From a virus (Duplodnaviria; Caudoviricetes): a stretch of 64,000 bases of DNA. The stretch covers positions 192,001 to 256,000 of the IMG/VR virus record IMGVR_UViG_3300021255_002539; one strand, given 5' to 3'. The position numbers were made by a program, and so were the translations under genes. Below are positions 41,913-52,477 of this stretch, in pieces (the stretch's first letter is position 1; every line of letters begins with the position of its first letter). The notes under the pieces are model-generated. The model saw only the letters and a list, made by a program, of their open reading frames with translations. It had not been told where the DNA came from and did no database searches.

Positions 41913-43229
41913 ATGAAAAGGAATAGACTTTACAAGGAATCTTCAGAAACCCCCGAATTCGTGAATTCGGACAGACTACGCAAGGAAATCAAGGAAGTGC
42001 TGGAGGAGGAGACTTCTGGCTGGGACGGGACGGACGATGATTCCGTGCAGTACATGAAGGATTCTGCGCCAGACTTCATAGACGAGTATGTGGAGGATGT
42101 TGTTGACGATGCTGTGAAGAGCTTCAACGAACTGGTGCATAGGAACGACACCTCTATGTGGGGCAACTTCAAGGACATCAGATACAACTGGGAGGGCTTC
42201 CACAATGAACTTCCACATGGCTGCACTTTGAAGGAAGTTGTTAAGATGATTGATGCTGGCGAGGACAACGAGATTACCAGGGAGTTCAAGAACTGGGCAG
42301 TTGACTGGTATTTCGAGGCATTTGGCACATATAACTTGAAGTACAAGTGGTCGGAATTCATGGGCGAGGTTGCTGCCGACCATGAATACCAGCAGGAAAG
42401 GGATGCTGAGGATGAGGGCGAATACAATGAGTCCTGCAGAAAGATTCATGACAAAAGAAAGGTCGTGAAGGAGAGCTACGAGGTCTCTGATGATCTTGCA
42501 GATAGGTTGAACTCAATTCTGGCAGACGAGTTTCTTGCGGCGGAATTTTACAAGCTTGCTGAGCTTGCGATGAAGGGCAACAAGCAACACAGGCTGTCTG
42601 AGATTGCTGACGAGAATGGCGAGGACGAACTTGAGGATCACTTCAAGAACCTTTCTGAGTGGATGCAGTCCAAGGGAATCAGGGTTGTCACGAACCACGA
42701 CGAGATGCTTGACATCACCAATGGCAGTGTATTTACTGTGGAGGATGGGGATTCCACTTCTGACATCGTTGACAAGTTGATTCAGTCTGAGGAAGAGGCT
42801 ATTGAGGCATACGAAAACCTGATTCCTGACACTGACTTGGATTTGCGCGTCATGCTTTGTGGTTTCTTGAAGGACGAGCGGGAGCATCTAAAGGCATTGA
42901 CTGACGCAAAGGACGAGATGGGTGGTGGCAGCAGGTACGATGGCGAGGACAAGCCAAAGCACACCATATACGAGGGTGGACGAATGTCAAGGCATGAAGT
43001 TGAGCCAAACTACGAGGTATACAAGGCAGTTGACATTCAATGGGATGTTGACGATGAAGAGGATTTGGATGAACTTCCGACAGAAATGGAGGTTGAAGTT
43101 CCAAGGGATGTCATACGCGATGGCGAGGAAGCTGTGGAGGAATATGTTTCAGATGCAATTACTGATGAAACTGGATTCTGCCACAATGGCTTCTACTTGA
43201 GGGAGTTTTCCAAGCCTGTGAGGAGATGA
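41913..43229 (+). CDS. Multi-module protein with MKRNRLYKES leader and central ferritin-like domain (438 aa)
   Basis: LADEFLAAEFY..DELEDH..SEEEAIEAY..DEREH di-iron four-helix-bundle pattern at about 42474-42920. Late promoter at 41875. Confidence 0.75.
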   Translation: MKRNRLYKESSETPEFVNSDRLRKEIKEVLEEETSGWDGTDDDSVQYMKDSAPDFIDEYVEDVVDDAVKSFNELVHRNDTSMWGNFKDIRYNWEGFHNELPHGCTLKEVVKMIDAGEDNEITREFKNWAVDWYFEAFGTYNLKYKWSEFMGEVAADHEYQQERDAEDEGEYNESCRKIHDKRKVVKESYEVSDDLADRLNSILADEFLAAEFYKLAELAMKGNKQHRLSEIADENGEDELEDHFKNLSEWMQSKGIRVVTNHDEMLDITNGSVFTVEDGDSTSDIVDKLIQSEEEAIEAYENLIPDTDLDLRVMLCGFLKDEREHLKALTDAKDEMGGGSRYDGEDKPKHTIYEGGRMSRHEVEPNYEVYKAVDIQWDVDDEEDLDELPTEMEVEVPRDVIRDGEEAVEEYVSDAITDETGFCHNGFYLREFSKPVRR

Positions 43230-43358
43230 TATGCCAAGATTGGGTGATTCAATGGAGGATTTCTGAAGGTTTTTTGTAAATAATGATTGAACATTCGATG
43301 TGAGAGGACTAGTCCATAAGATTGTTCAAAAACAAACTACTCTATAGAGGAAACTACA

Positions 43359-44387
43359 ATGAAGAAACTAAACATTACGAAGAAGCAGTACGACGAGAGC
43401 AAGTACTTCACGAAGAAGTATGGTGCCATCAAGTTCGTATCTGAATCTGGCAAGCACTTCAAGACCGACAAGGGTGTTGTCCTGGCTCTGGAGGGCACTG
43501 AGGAACCAATGAAGGAAGATGGCGACAGCATCATGGACCGCCAGCTGGACGACAACCAGGAAGCTGACAAGAAGGAGGGTGGCGACAACGAGGGTGACAT
43601 CACCCGCGGCGAACTCACTGACATGCTCAAGGATGTCGTGAAGGAAGTCGAGAAGGTTTGCGACGAGCAGGACATTTCCTTTGAGGATGTTGCTGGCATC
43701 GAGAAGCCCGAGGGTGAGTCCGACGAGGAAGCCGACAAGGACGAGGTGGTTGCCACCAAGGACGAGGTTGCAGAGGTTCTCGCTGGGGTCATTGACACGG
43801 TCGAGAAGGTTGCTGACCAGAACGACATCGAACTCCCTGAGGAGGACGAGGAAGCCGATGGTGAGGATGGTGATGGTGATGCTGGCGATGAGAAGAAGGA
43901 CGATGGCGAAGATGAAGTCACCGTCGACGAGGGTTGCGACTGTGGCAAGAAGGATTGCCCAGAGTGTAATCCAGACAAGAAGCCAGCCACCGAGGGTTGT
44001 GAGGATGGCAAGTGCTGCCCAACTTGTGGTGCTCCAATGAAGAAGGAGTGTGGTCCCGCATGCGAGTGTGGCGACAACAAGCCTGACAAGTTCATGGAGG
44101 CCCGCAAGTCCCGTAGGGCGAAGCTTGTCCGTGAGGCAATCCGTCGTCGCCGTGCTCAGAAGGTGCGCGAGAGCATCGCCCGTCGGGCCAAGGTCCGCAA
44201 GGTTCTTGAGAGCATCCGCAAGCGTCGGCTCGCCAAGAAGGTGATGGAGAGCATTCGCCGTCGCCGTGCGATGAAGAAGGTGATGGAATCCCGCAAGGCC
44301 CGTGTTCTCGCAGCACGCAAGGACCGCAAGGTGATGGAGTCCGTCCGCGCCCGCCGTGCGGCCCGCATGCGCCGTCTGGCCAAGTAA
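43359..44387 (+). CDS. Putative abundant head-core protein: MKKLNITK leader, acidic repeats, Cys clusters, Arg-rich C-terminal repeats
   Basis: 342 aa. Codon bias like the MCP (CGC/CGT, GCT, AAG). Late promoter at 43276. Confidence 0.75.
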   Translation: MKKLNITKKQYDESKYFTKKYGAIKFVSESGKHFKTDKGVVLALEGTEEPMKEDGDSIMDRQLDDNQEADKKEGGDNEGDITRGELTDMLKDVVKEVEKVCDEQDISFEDVAGIEKPEGESDEEADKDEVVATKDEVAEVLAGVIDTVEKVADQNDIELPEEDEEADGEDGDGDAGDEKKDDGEDEVTVDEGCDCGKKDCPECNPDKKPATEGCEDGKCCPTCGAPMKKECGPACECGDNKPDKFMEARKSRRAKLVREAIRRRRAQKVRESIARRAKVRKVLESIRKRRLAKKVMESIRRRRAMKKVMESRKARVLAARKDRKVMESVRARRAARMRRLAK

Positions 44388-44416
44388 TCCGACATATAGT
44401 TTCGGGTAAACATAAC

Positions 44417-44450
44417 GGGGCATCTTTTGATGCCTCGTTTTGCTTTTGGT
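44417..44450 (+). terminator. Probable terminator
   Basis: GGGGCATC-TTTT-GATGCCTC followed by a T-rich tract. Confidence 0.6.
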
Positions 44451-44519
44451 GTGTTGATGTTCTGAAATCCCAAAAGAATGGTAAATACCACATAGACAAT
44501 TCAGGGAACATAGACACAG

Positions 44520-47500
44520 ATGAACACATCATTGACAAGACCACAGTCCCTTTAGGAACTATACAAGACATACTTCGCCTTTGCGAACAAGTTTCAGTTC
44601 ACTGCCCTTCTGAGGAACTACATTCAGAACGAGGAATGGAAGGACAAGAGCCAGGAGAGGGTATGGTCGTTGATTTCGAGGATATCGGACGATCTTGGGG
44701 CAGTCTTCACGGACGACATCGTGAACTATACGCGCAATGTCGTGGATGTGAACACCTGCAAGGTTCCTCAGTTCCTGGAGCAGTGCAAGATGTTGTCCTA
44801 CAATCTGGAGCACATCAAGAACTCGTATGGGTTCTTCCCCAAGCAGATACAGTGCCTGGTGGACTTGTTCTCTGTGAACCCAGAGTATCTGATTGGCAAC
44901 TCCAGCAACCACATCCTCTCTGACCAGGTAATCAAGGAGATATTGGTGTACATCAAGGATAATGCCACATCTACTGTGACATTCACGAACCAGGATGTTG
45001 TGGACAGGCTGATTGACGATCCGCATGGACTGGTCGATGGCGACAACTACTACAACTTCGTCGTGTCGCTTTTCTACACTACATTGGTGGAGGCGTTGTC
45101 GGCGAAGTACTCAGACGAGGATGGTCAGCCAATCGTGTTCAACTTGTTGTGGTGGGAGATGTAGAACAGGGACATCATACTGGACAACTTGAAGGGCTAC
45201 AAGTCCTGGGTGGACAGGTACATCTCCAACGAGATTGAGCATCCCCTGAACGACCAAGGTCTACAGAACACGATATGGAGCACGGTCCAGGCGGTCAAGA
45301 ATCAGAAGAAGATGTCCCCAAGGTTCAACCCATTCAAGTTGGCAGACGAAATCTACTTCAATGGCTTGAACCCCACCAACAAGCTGACTTAGGACGAATT
45401 GGATCTCATTGGGACTGTGCTTGACTACCACGCGAGGACGAAGTACAACTATCAGGAGTAGTAGTTCTCGGACGACCAAAGCACGCAATTCGCCTACTAC
45501 CGAGAGCTTGAGTTTTGTGGATATGTGAAGATGGTGATGTTCGTCCTGAACAACTTGAACAGCTTTGACTTGTCCAACTTGTCCTACGATGTCCCCACCA
45601 ACAAGTTCATACAATATGGCACGGACGATTGCCTGAAGGTGGCTTAGATATTCAACGATGGTGAGGGGCATTTGGTGCAGATGCCAAATGGGGATGTCGC
45701 CTTGAACCACAAGGATGTCGTGTTGAGGGTGGCGAAGTTCCTGGCAAACTATGTCTTCCACATACAGCATCTGAGGGAGAACGCGAAGACGATTGCCTGC
45801 AAGCATGCGATGAGGGGTACTGCTGGGTTGCTCGCGCATGTTGTGAACGACTATCTGGTGAAGGAATTGCCATCTGTGAGGGACAACTTGCTTCAGGGCT
45901 CTGATGTGGACATTCGGTTCCAATGGGAGATTCAGCCAGACAAGTTCCTCAACTATGGCAATGTGAAGGTATTGGAGTACATGGACGACAACGAGTACTT
46001 CAACATAGACCCAATAGAGGATGTGAGGTTCACCGAGAGGACGAACGCGAGGTATTGGGAGAAGTTGTCGGAGATTGGCTATGACGAGTCTCTTGGCGCA
46101 TTGACGAAGCGCGAGATACACGACCTATACGCCAATGTACTTGGAATTGGGAAGCTTCAGCCAGACAGGGAGAGTTCGTTTGACGATGTTCAGGACTTCC
46201 TGGTGGACTTGTTCAAGATTGGCGCGAACCCAGTGAAGTGGGACTTCGGTGATGGGGACTTCATGAATCCAATAGACTACGATCCATTGAGGGATGCGGT
46301 CTACGATGTCGAGGGCAAGTATGGCTACACAAAGGCCGAGAGGATGAAGGTTCAGACCAACACGGGGCTGAGGAAGAACCAGGAGGCGCAGTTCCTGGAG
46401 TATAGTGGTCAGAATCTGGAGGACGATGCCATACAGGGCATATACGACTACATGAACAACCAGTTGTTCTATTGGAAGAACACCGACTACTCGTCCCATG
46501 TCCTGCACCCGTTCATGTACAACCTCAAGTTGTGGAACCGCCTGGACAACATCATAGTCAACGGCTATAGGGACTACATCAACAACGACCTGGTGAAGCA
46601 CATGTCCTCCAAGGTGAAGTTCGACGAGTTGGTTGGGGAGTTTGGCGAGTGCAGAAGGTTCTGGAAGTACAATGTGGTGGACATGACAGGCTACACCACC
46701 AGATACGAGGCTGCCGTGAAGGACGAACACAAGGACGACGCCAACAAGACGACGAGCCAATTGACTGGGTACGATGGGTTGTTCTACCCAGACGCAGCAT
46801 TGGAGTTCCTTCGGATATACGCAGACGAGAGGTCAACATCGACAGGAGAGAGGTTCCAGATTCCAACTTGGTTCTTCGTCAACCCACAGGATCTTCTGGA
46901 TTCGCAGAAGACCGAATTGTTGGAATACTTCAAGTCCCACGCATTCATCAGAGCGATACACTCAATCTACTGGCAATTGTCTGGTGGGGTGCCCAATTTC
47001 GCGGAGTATGCGGTGAGCCGATTCTACCTTGATTGGTACTCGCACCTCAACTACACGAGGGCTGAGTATCAGAAGATTGCTATGCAGTTGTGGTATTGGC
47101 GGGACAGGGTCAAGGAGCTGATTCAGACCGAGTACCCAATCAAGAAGTACTGTCTGGACATCCAAGGCAACTCCCTGTTGTTGGTATCCACATTCGGTCC
47201 GGACGAGGTGGATTCGAACAGATTTCTGATAGACCTGCAAATCGAGCAGAACAGGGTGCAGACAGAGGCGAATGGCAACTTGAACATCCATGTGCCATTC
47301 TGCGAGGACAAGCTCGTGCAGCCCAGTGAGATGTGGGTGAGGTGGAAGTCAAACCCAATCGCTTTCCCAGCATTCGACATAGAGTGGAACCAGAAGACTG
47401 GCGACCAGCAATTCGACTTGAACTTCAGAAAGGACGACGACAACACCGAGATGGGGCAGTTGACCCACGCCAACAACGACTGCAACGACGACTTCCATGT

Positions 47501-50500
47501 GGTGATTGAGGACTGGCTGGCGAAGTATGGGGACAAGATCAATTGGGAGAGGGGTGGCTCAAACAGGCTGCCGGTGTTCTTCGACATGGAGCAATCTGCG
47601 AATGTGTTGGCGTTGGCGTCCTGGCACACATTCCAGAGGAAGGTGGATGGGGTGGCCGAACTGGACGAACTCGGAAACCCAATGTACGAGACCCTTTGTG
47701 GAAAGAACCCGCTTCACATATTCTCGGTGGAGAGGACAAGCACATCCACATTGGAGTACAATTGGACGAAGTACATCCAGTCAAACGACAAGATCTTCGC
47801 AGAGGATTACCTCAAGGGAATGCTTTTCGACGCATACCACTATTGCCCCGCGAATGGAACGCTTATGGTGCCACTCTACAGATTCACCTGTTCAGATTCA
47901 GATGACTAGGGGGACATCCACGGGCAGAAGGTGGATATCAACATGTGGTTCATTCCTGCGCAAATACTCAAAGACGACAGGTTCGTGGCGCAAAGGCGGA
48001 TATTCATGGATCGACCATCCAACTCTCCCTTGGACTTGAACCAGCTTCTGGATGCTGGGTAGAACGCAAGCAGGTTCCTGTTCGATCACCCAGTGAAGGT
48101 GTGCAGGAACACCAACCTCGTTTTCTCGCCATATGAGGACCAGAATGGGATGAACAAGGTGAAGTGCGCGTTCCTGGGCGTGTATATGGACAAGACGCCA
48201 GATCTGAAGAAGGACAACCACAACATCAAGTCGATATCCTTCAATACTGGCAATGGAGCCACCAGATACGAATACGACTCGCAATCTCCACTTGACCTTG
48301 GGTTGGTGAAGAACGGGTACTACATGCAGAACGACATCGCTGACATATACGAAGGTACTGATCCAGACTGCTGGCCAGATGGCGATTTCAGAAAGCGCAG
48401 GTACATCGACCAGGGGATATCGAGGGAATGCTTCAACTCATACGACTCCAACGACAAGTATGTGTTCGTCTTGGAATTTCAGCAATCTGTGGACAACGCC
48501 ATTCTGTTCAACAACTCCAGTGACCTCCCGATGGCATATGCCTACAACATACTGTCGGATGCTGGCTACATCCCCCACTTCGCGTACCAATCCCTCGTGA
48601 AGTACAAGGGCGATGTCGATGGAACAGCATATACATGGGAGAGCAAGTACTTGTCTGGCAAGGATCACCTTCAGTTCGAGTTGCTGGGTCTGGACGACAA
48701 GCAGATTCCATTGGCCTACGAGAACATGGAGAGGATGATCGTTGAGGACACCACAGACGATTGCCGCACCATAGTGAACCCAGCCAAGTTGATGGAGGAC
48801 ATCTACCGAGTGTGGTGCGAGACCAAGGGAGTGAAGTAGAACCCAGAGGACCAGTACGAGTCCTACTTCGAGAACGAGTACAAGGGATACGACAACCCAG
48901 AACTGGAGTTTGACGACGACAACGAGGCTGTTTGGGACGACACCGAGGACTTTGAGCTGACATTGCCATAGTTGAACGACCCATACGCATACGACAATCC
49001 AGATGTGTTCAGAAGGTTGCTTGACGAGTACTACATCACAGTGGTCCGGACAGACAATGGGGAGTTGGCGAACGAGAGGAAGTACATTCTGCCCCCAACC
49101 AGCATATCCGAACTTCTGTTCAACAACGACGCCTCCACCAACGATGGCTATGTGAGGTGTTCTGGGTTGGTGGAATACGCAGATCCAACGGTTCAGGACA
49201 ACCACTATGTCCCAGAGCAAGTCGTGTTCACGGGCACCCAAAACCCCTTCGCCTACGACCAGGAGGGCAATCGGGTGTACTCCAAGTCAGAACTGCTCCA
49301 ATATGGCAATGGCATTAGGGGCGTGGACGACATCTATGTTGGATTCGACATCAGAACTGAGGATGGCGAGGAACCAATTCGGGACAAGCAAGGCAACATA
49401 GTGTCCGAAGAAGAGGTAGTGGCGGGGCGGATAGTGGTGAATGTGCATACCAGACCGGTTCAACACAAGTTCATCAGACCAATCGTCAAGTTCAAGAAGT
49501 CCCTTAGACCATTGGATGCCAAGAACCCAAGCTTGGTTGACAGGTTGCACAACGAGCAGAACATTATACCTGCTGGCTCAATTAGGGTGATACTCTCGCA
49601 CAGAAACATGGACAACCTGGCGAAGTACCACATCCTCAACACATCGTCCAACCTCTACTTCAATGGCTCCTTGCCAAAGAATGGATTGAACCAGTTCAAG
49701 TACTCAGACTTCAAGTTCTCCAAGACCGTGCATCTTGAGCAAACCGATGATGGGTGGAAGTCCACGGAGAATGACGCCAAGGGCAATCCAGTACTGGAAT
49801 TCACCAACGAACAGATTTCTGGCCAGATTCCACCATATTCGGTTTCCATCAACAAGGGCAAGGTTGCTGAATTGTGGTATCTTGAACAAGATGGCATTCA
49901 AGGCGATGGCGAACATCAAATAGAACCAGGAAGAAGGGGATTTGACCACTTCCAGGAGAATGGACCAACCTATCCAATCCCAGATGTTGGTGGATTCAAG
50001 TGGGCGCATCTGGCGAAGGAAGTGCCACTCAGATACCTCGACTACCTCTATATCAAGCGCGGAAGGCTGTCCTTCAAGATAAGCGAGGAATCCGAGTCCT
50101 TCACAGACTTGATGTCCAGGCTGCCATCCTTCCACATAGACGATGAATTGAGGAACAAGATGGCGGATTTGAACGATGTGCAGATCCTCAAGGACTACTC
50201 CACATTCGTCCACCAAAGCGAGAACCCAGAGGTTGTCCGAGCATGCGGCAGCTTCAATCCACTGTTGGTGAACTCGATTGTGCGTCCTGGCGTGAAGTAG
50301 ATGGAGACCCATAGGTATCTGCTCAAGGAGAATCAGAGTTCAGATGGCATCTTCCAATTGGACGAGAATGGACACCCAATCGAGATAGGCGACGATGGCA
50401 AACCACTTAGGTACGACGAAGATGGCAATGTACTCAATCCACTGCCAATCGAGGTGATTTGCGCCAACGAAGGAGGTGAGCCGAACACCATGATTGAACT

Positions 50501-51728
50501 CAGCACAGGGAATACAGCAATCCCCCTCATGCTCCAGTTCGAGGATGGAGAGCTTGACGACTACCTCAAGATATACGCCAACTATGTCAGGGTTCAGGAC
50601 AAGCACGGGGACTTCCACTACGATCTCTACTTCAACATCCAGAACCTGTTCAACTCCCCATTCGAGTACATATCCACCGTGACGAAGCAACCCAATGTGC
50701 TGGTCATCCCAGACTCCTACCTCTACTTGACTGGCGACAAGTACACCGACCAAGGAGACCACAACGAGGTTGACGCCGACAAGATGAAGGTCATCAAGGA
50801 TGGTGGGGAGCTGTCCATATATGGGCAGGTCAAGACATATTCTGATTGCTTGCTCTCTGACGCCAAGACAATCAAGATGTTCACATACAGGATATACAAC
50901 ATCTCTGACGACAAGCCCAAGTTCCTCATCCAGAAGACCTTTGACATCACCAAGTCCTCCCTCAGGAACAATATTGAGAGGAAGGTGGAGGTGAAGTTCT
51001 CGGATGTGCTGTGGACGATTGACGAGAACCAGTTTGAGTTTGCAGATGCCAACCTCAAGGACGATTTCAGAATACTGAACCAGGATGTTGTCGTTGTCCA
51101 ACCAATCCACATCAACTGCCATTGGGACAAGGACGACGACTCCAGGGTACGGACGCTATCCTTCGACATCATGCACGACACCATAGACTTCGCCAATGTC
51201 CCTGCGCTGGGTCCATATTGGATGCAGGCCAGGACATTGAACTGCGAGGTGATGTAGACAGAGGATGTTGGCGACAAGGTGTTCAAGAAGCCCTACTACG
51301 ACCATTGGTCTGACTCGAACATGAGGTTGGTTGTTGACGAGAACACTGGAATCCCCAGGCTCACATTGACCTTCAACGACGATGCTGACTTCAACTTCGA
51401 GACCATATACCTGAAGTGGGTTCTGCCAAAGGGCTGCAGGATAATGGACAGCATCGACAGAATGGGTGGGTATGTGTTCAGTTCCACGCCTATGAACATA
51501 GTCGCCGACTGTGGAAATGCTGCCGTCGTTCCCCAGATTGAGACTTCCACTGGACACATAGTGGCTCGGGTCAAGAGACCAGACAGAATGTACCTCGGGC
51601 TGGAACATTCCTCCACCCAGAGGATGAATGGGTATGTCATATCGAACTTGGCAGAGGAAATTCACAAGGCATTGGTGAGGGGCGAGAGGAACCCAACACT
51701 TGAAGGAACAGACAGAAATGGAGGTTGA
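44520..51728 (+). CDS. Giant virion structural protein (2402 aa, 12 in-frame TAG); possibly baseplate wedge gp7-like
   Basis: ORFs 44670-45164, 45189-45392, 45672-47909, 48093-48839, 48972-50300, 50301-51257 and 51279-51728 all share one frame. The gaps contain only TAG (44553, 45162, 45390, 45459, 45462, 45645, 47907, 48060, 48837, 48969, 50298, 51255). LRENAKTIACKHAMRGT resembles the KGT motif of gp7/P2-gpI wedge proteins (weak). Late promoter at 44481. Confidence 0.75.
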
Positions 51729-52420
51729 TGCAAATGGCTGACATGGAACTATTGAACAAGTCGATGATCAAGAAGTACAAGCTCGACGACACCATACTTG
51801 AGTCGTACTTCAAGGACGAGAAGAACCACAATGTCTCTGGCATGACATTCCCATTGAGGATTGACAACAGACAATATTGCTCCCCAACTGACTATCAGGG
51901 GTCGAAGCCATCGTGTTGTGGGTACTCCACCGCACAGATACTCGAATCCCTCAATTGGATACGGACTGGGAAGATTGTGCAGATGGATGCCGACCAAATC
52001 TACGCAAAGTGCAAGGAAGTGGACAAGCAGATGGGTCAAGGCGGCACATACCCCGACCTGGCGATGGCAAAGGGACTTGAATTGGCGAAGGGGATGAAGA
52101 GCAAGTACGAGGTGAAGACATCCACAAAACGGGAGATTGACATCCTGAAGAGGGCAATCCACCAGAACATGTTCGTCTCTGTGAACATGATCGTGACAAA
52201 GGACATATACGACCTGGATGGGAACAACTTCGTCTACCAGGGCAATGGGGCGAAGGCTGGTGGACATTCCCTCGTCTGCTGTGGATACGACGACCCCTCC
52301 CAAATGGTGATTCTGCAGAACCATTGGGGCGTGGATTGGGGGTTGAAGGGCTTTTTCCTCTGCCCATATGACGTTTGGAAAAAGCAGTGCAACATCTTTT
52401 GTTGGTACGAGAGAATTTGA
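51728..52420 (+). CDS. Papain-like (C1) cysteine peptidase
   Basis: YQGSKPSCCGY (Gln/Cys), GGHSLVCCGYDD (His), LQNHWGVDWGLKGF (Asn). TGATG overlap with the giant gene. Confidence 0.85.
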   Translation: MQMADMELLNKSMIKKYKLDDTILESYFKDEKNHNVSGMTFPLRIDNRQYCSPTDYQGSKPSCCGYSTAQILESLNWIRTGKIVQMDADQIYAKCKEVDKQMGQGGTYPDLAMAKGLELAKGMKSKYEVKTSTKREIDILKRAIHQNMFVSVNMIVTKDIYDLDGNNFVYQGNGAKAGGHSLVCCGYDDPSQMVILQNHWGVDWGLKGFFLCPYDVWKKQCNIFCWYERI

Positions 52421-52477
52421 TGTTATAATTGTAAATAGATGCGAACATAACCAATTTCAACAAAAAGGTAAACAGAA

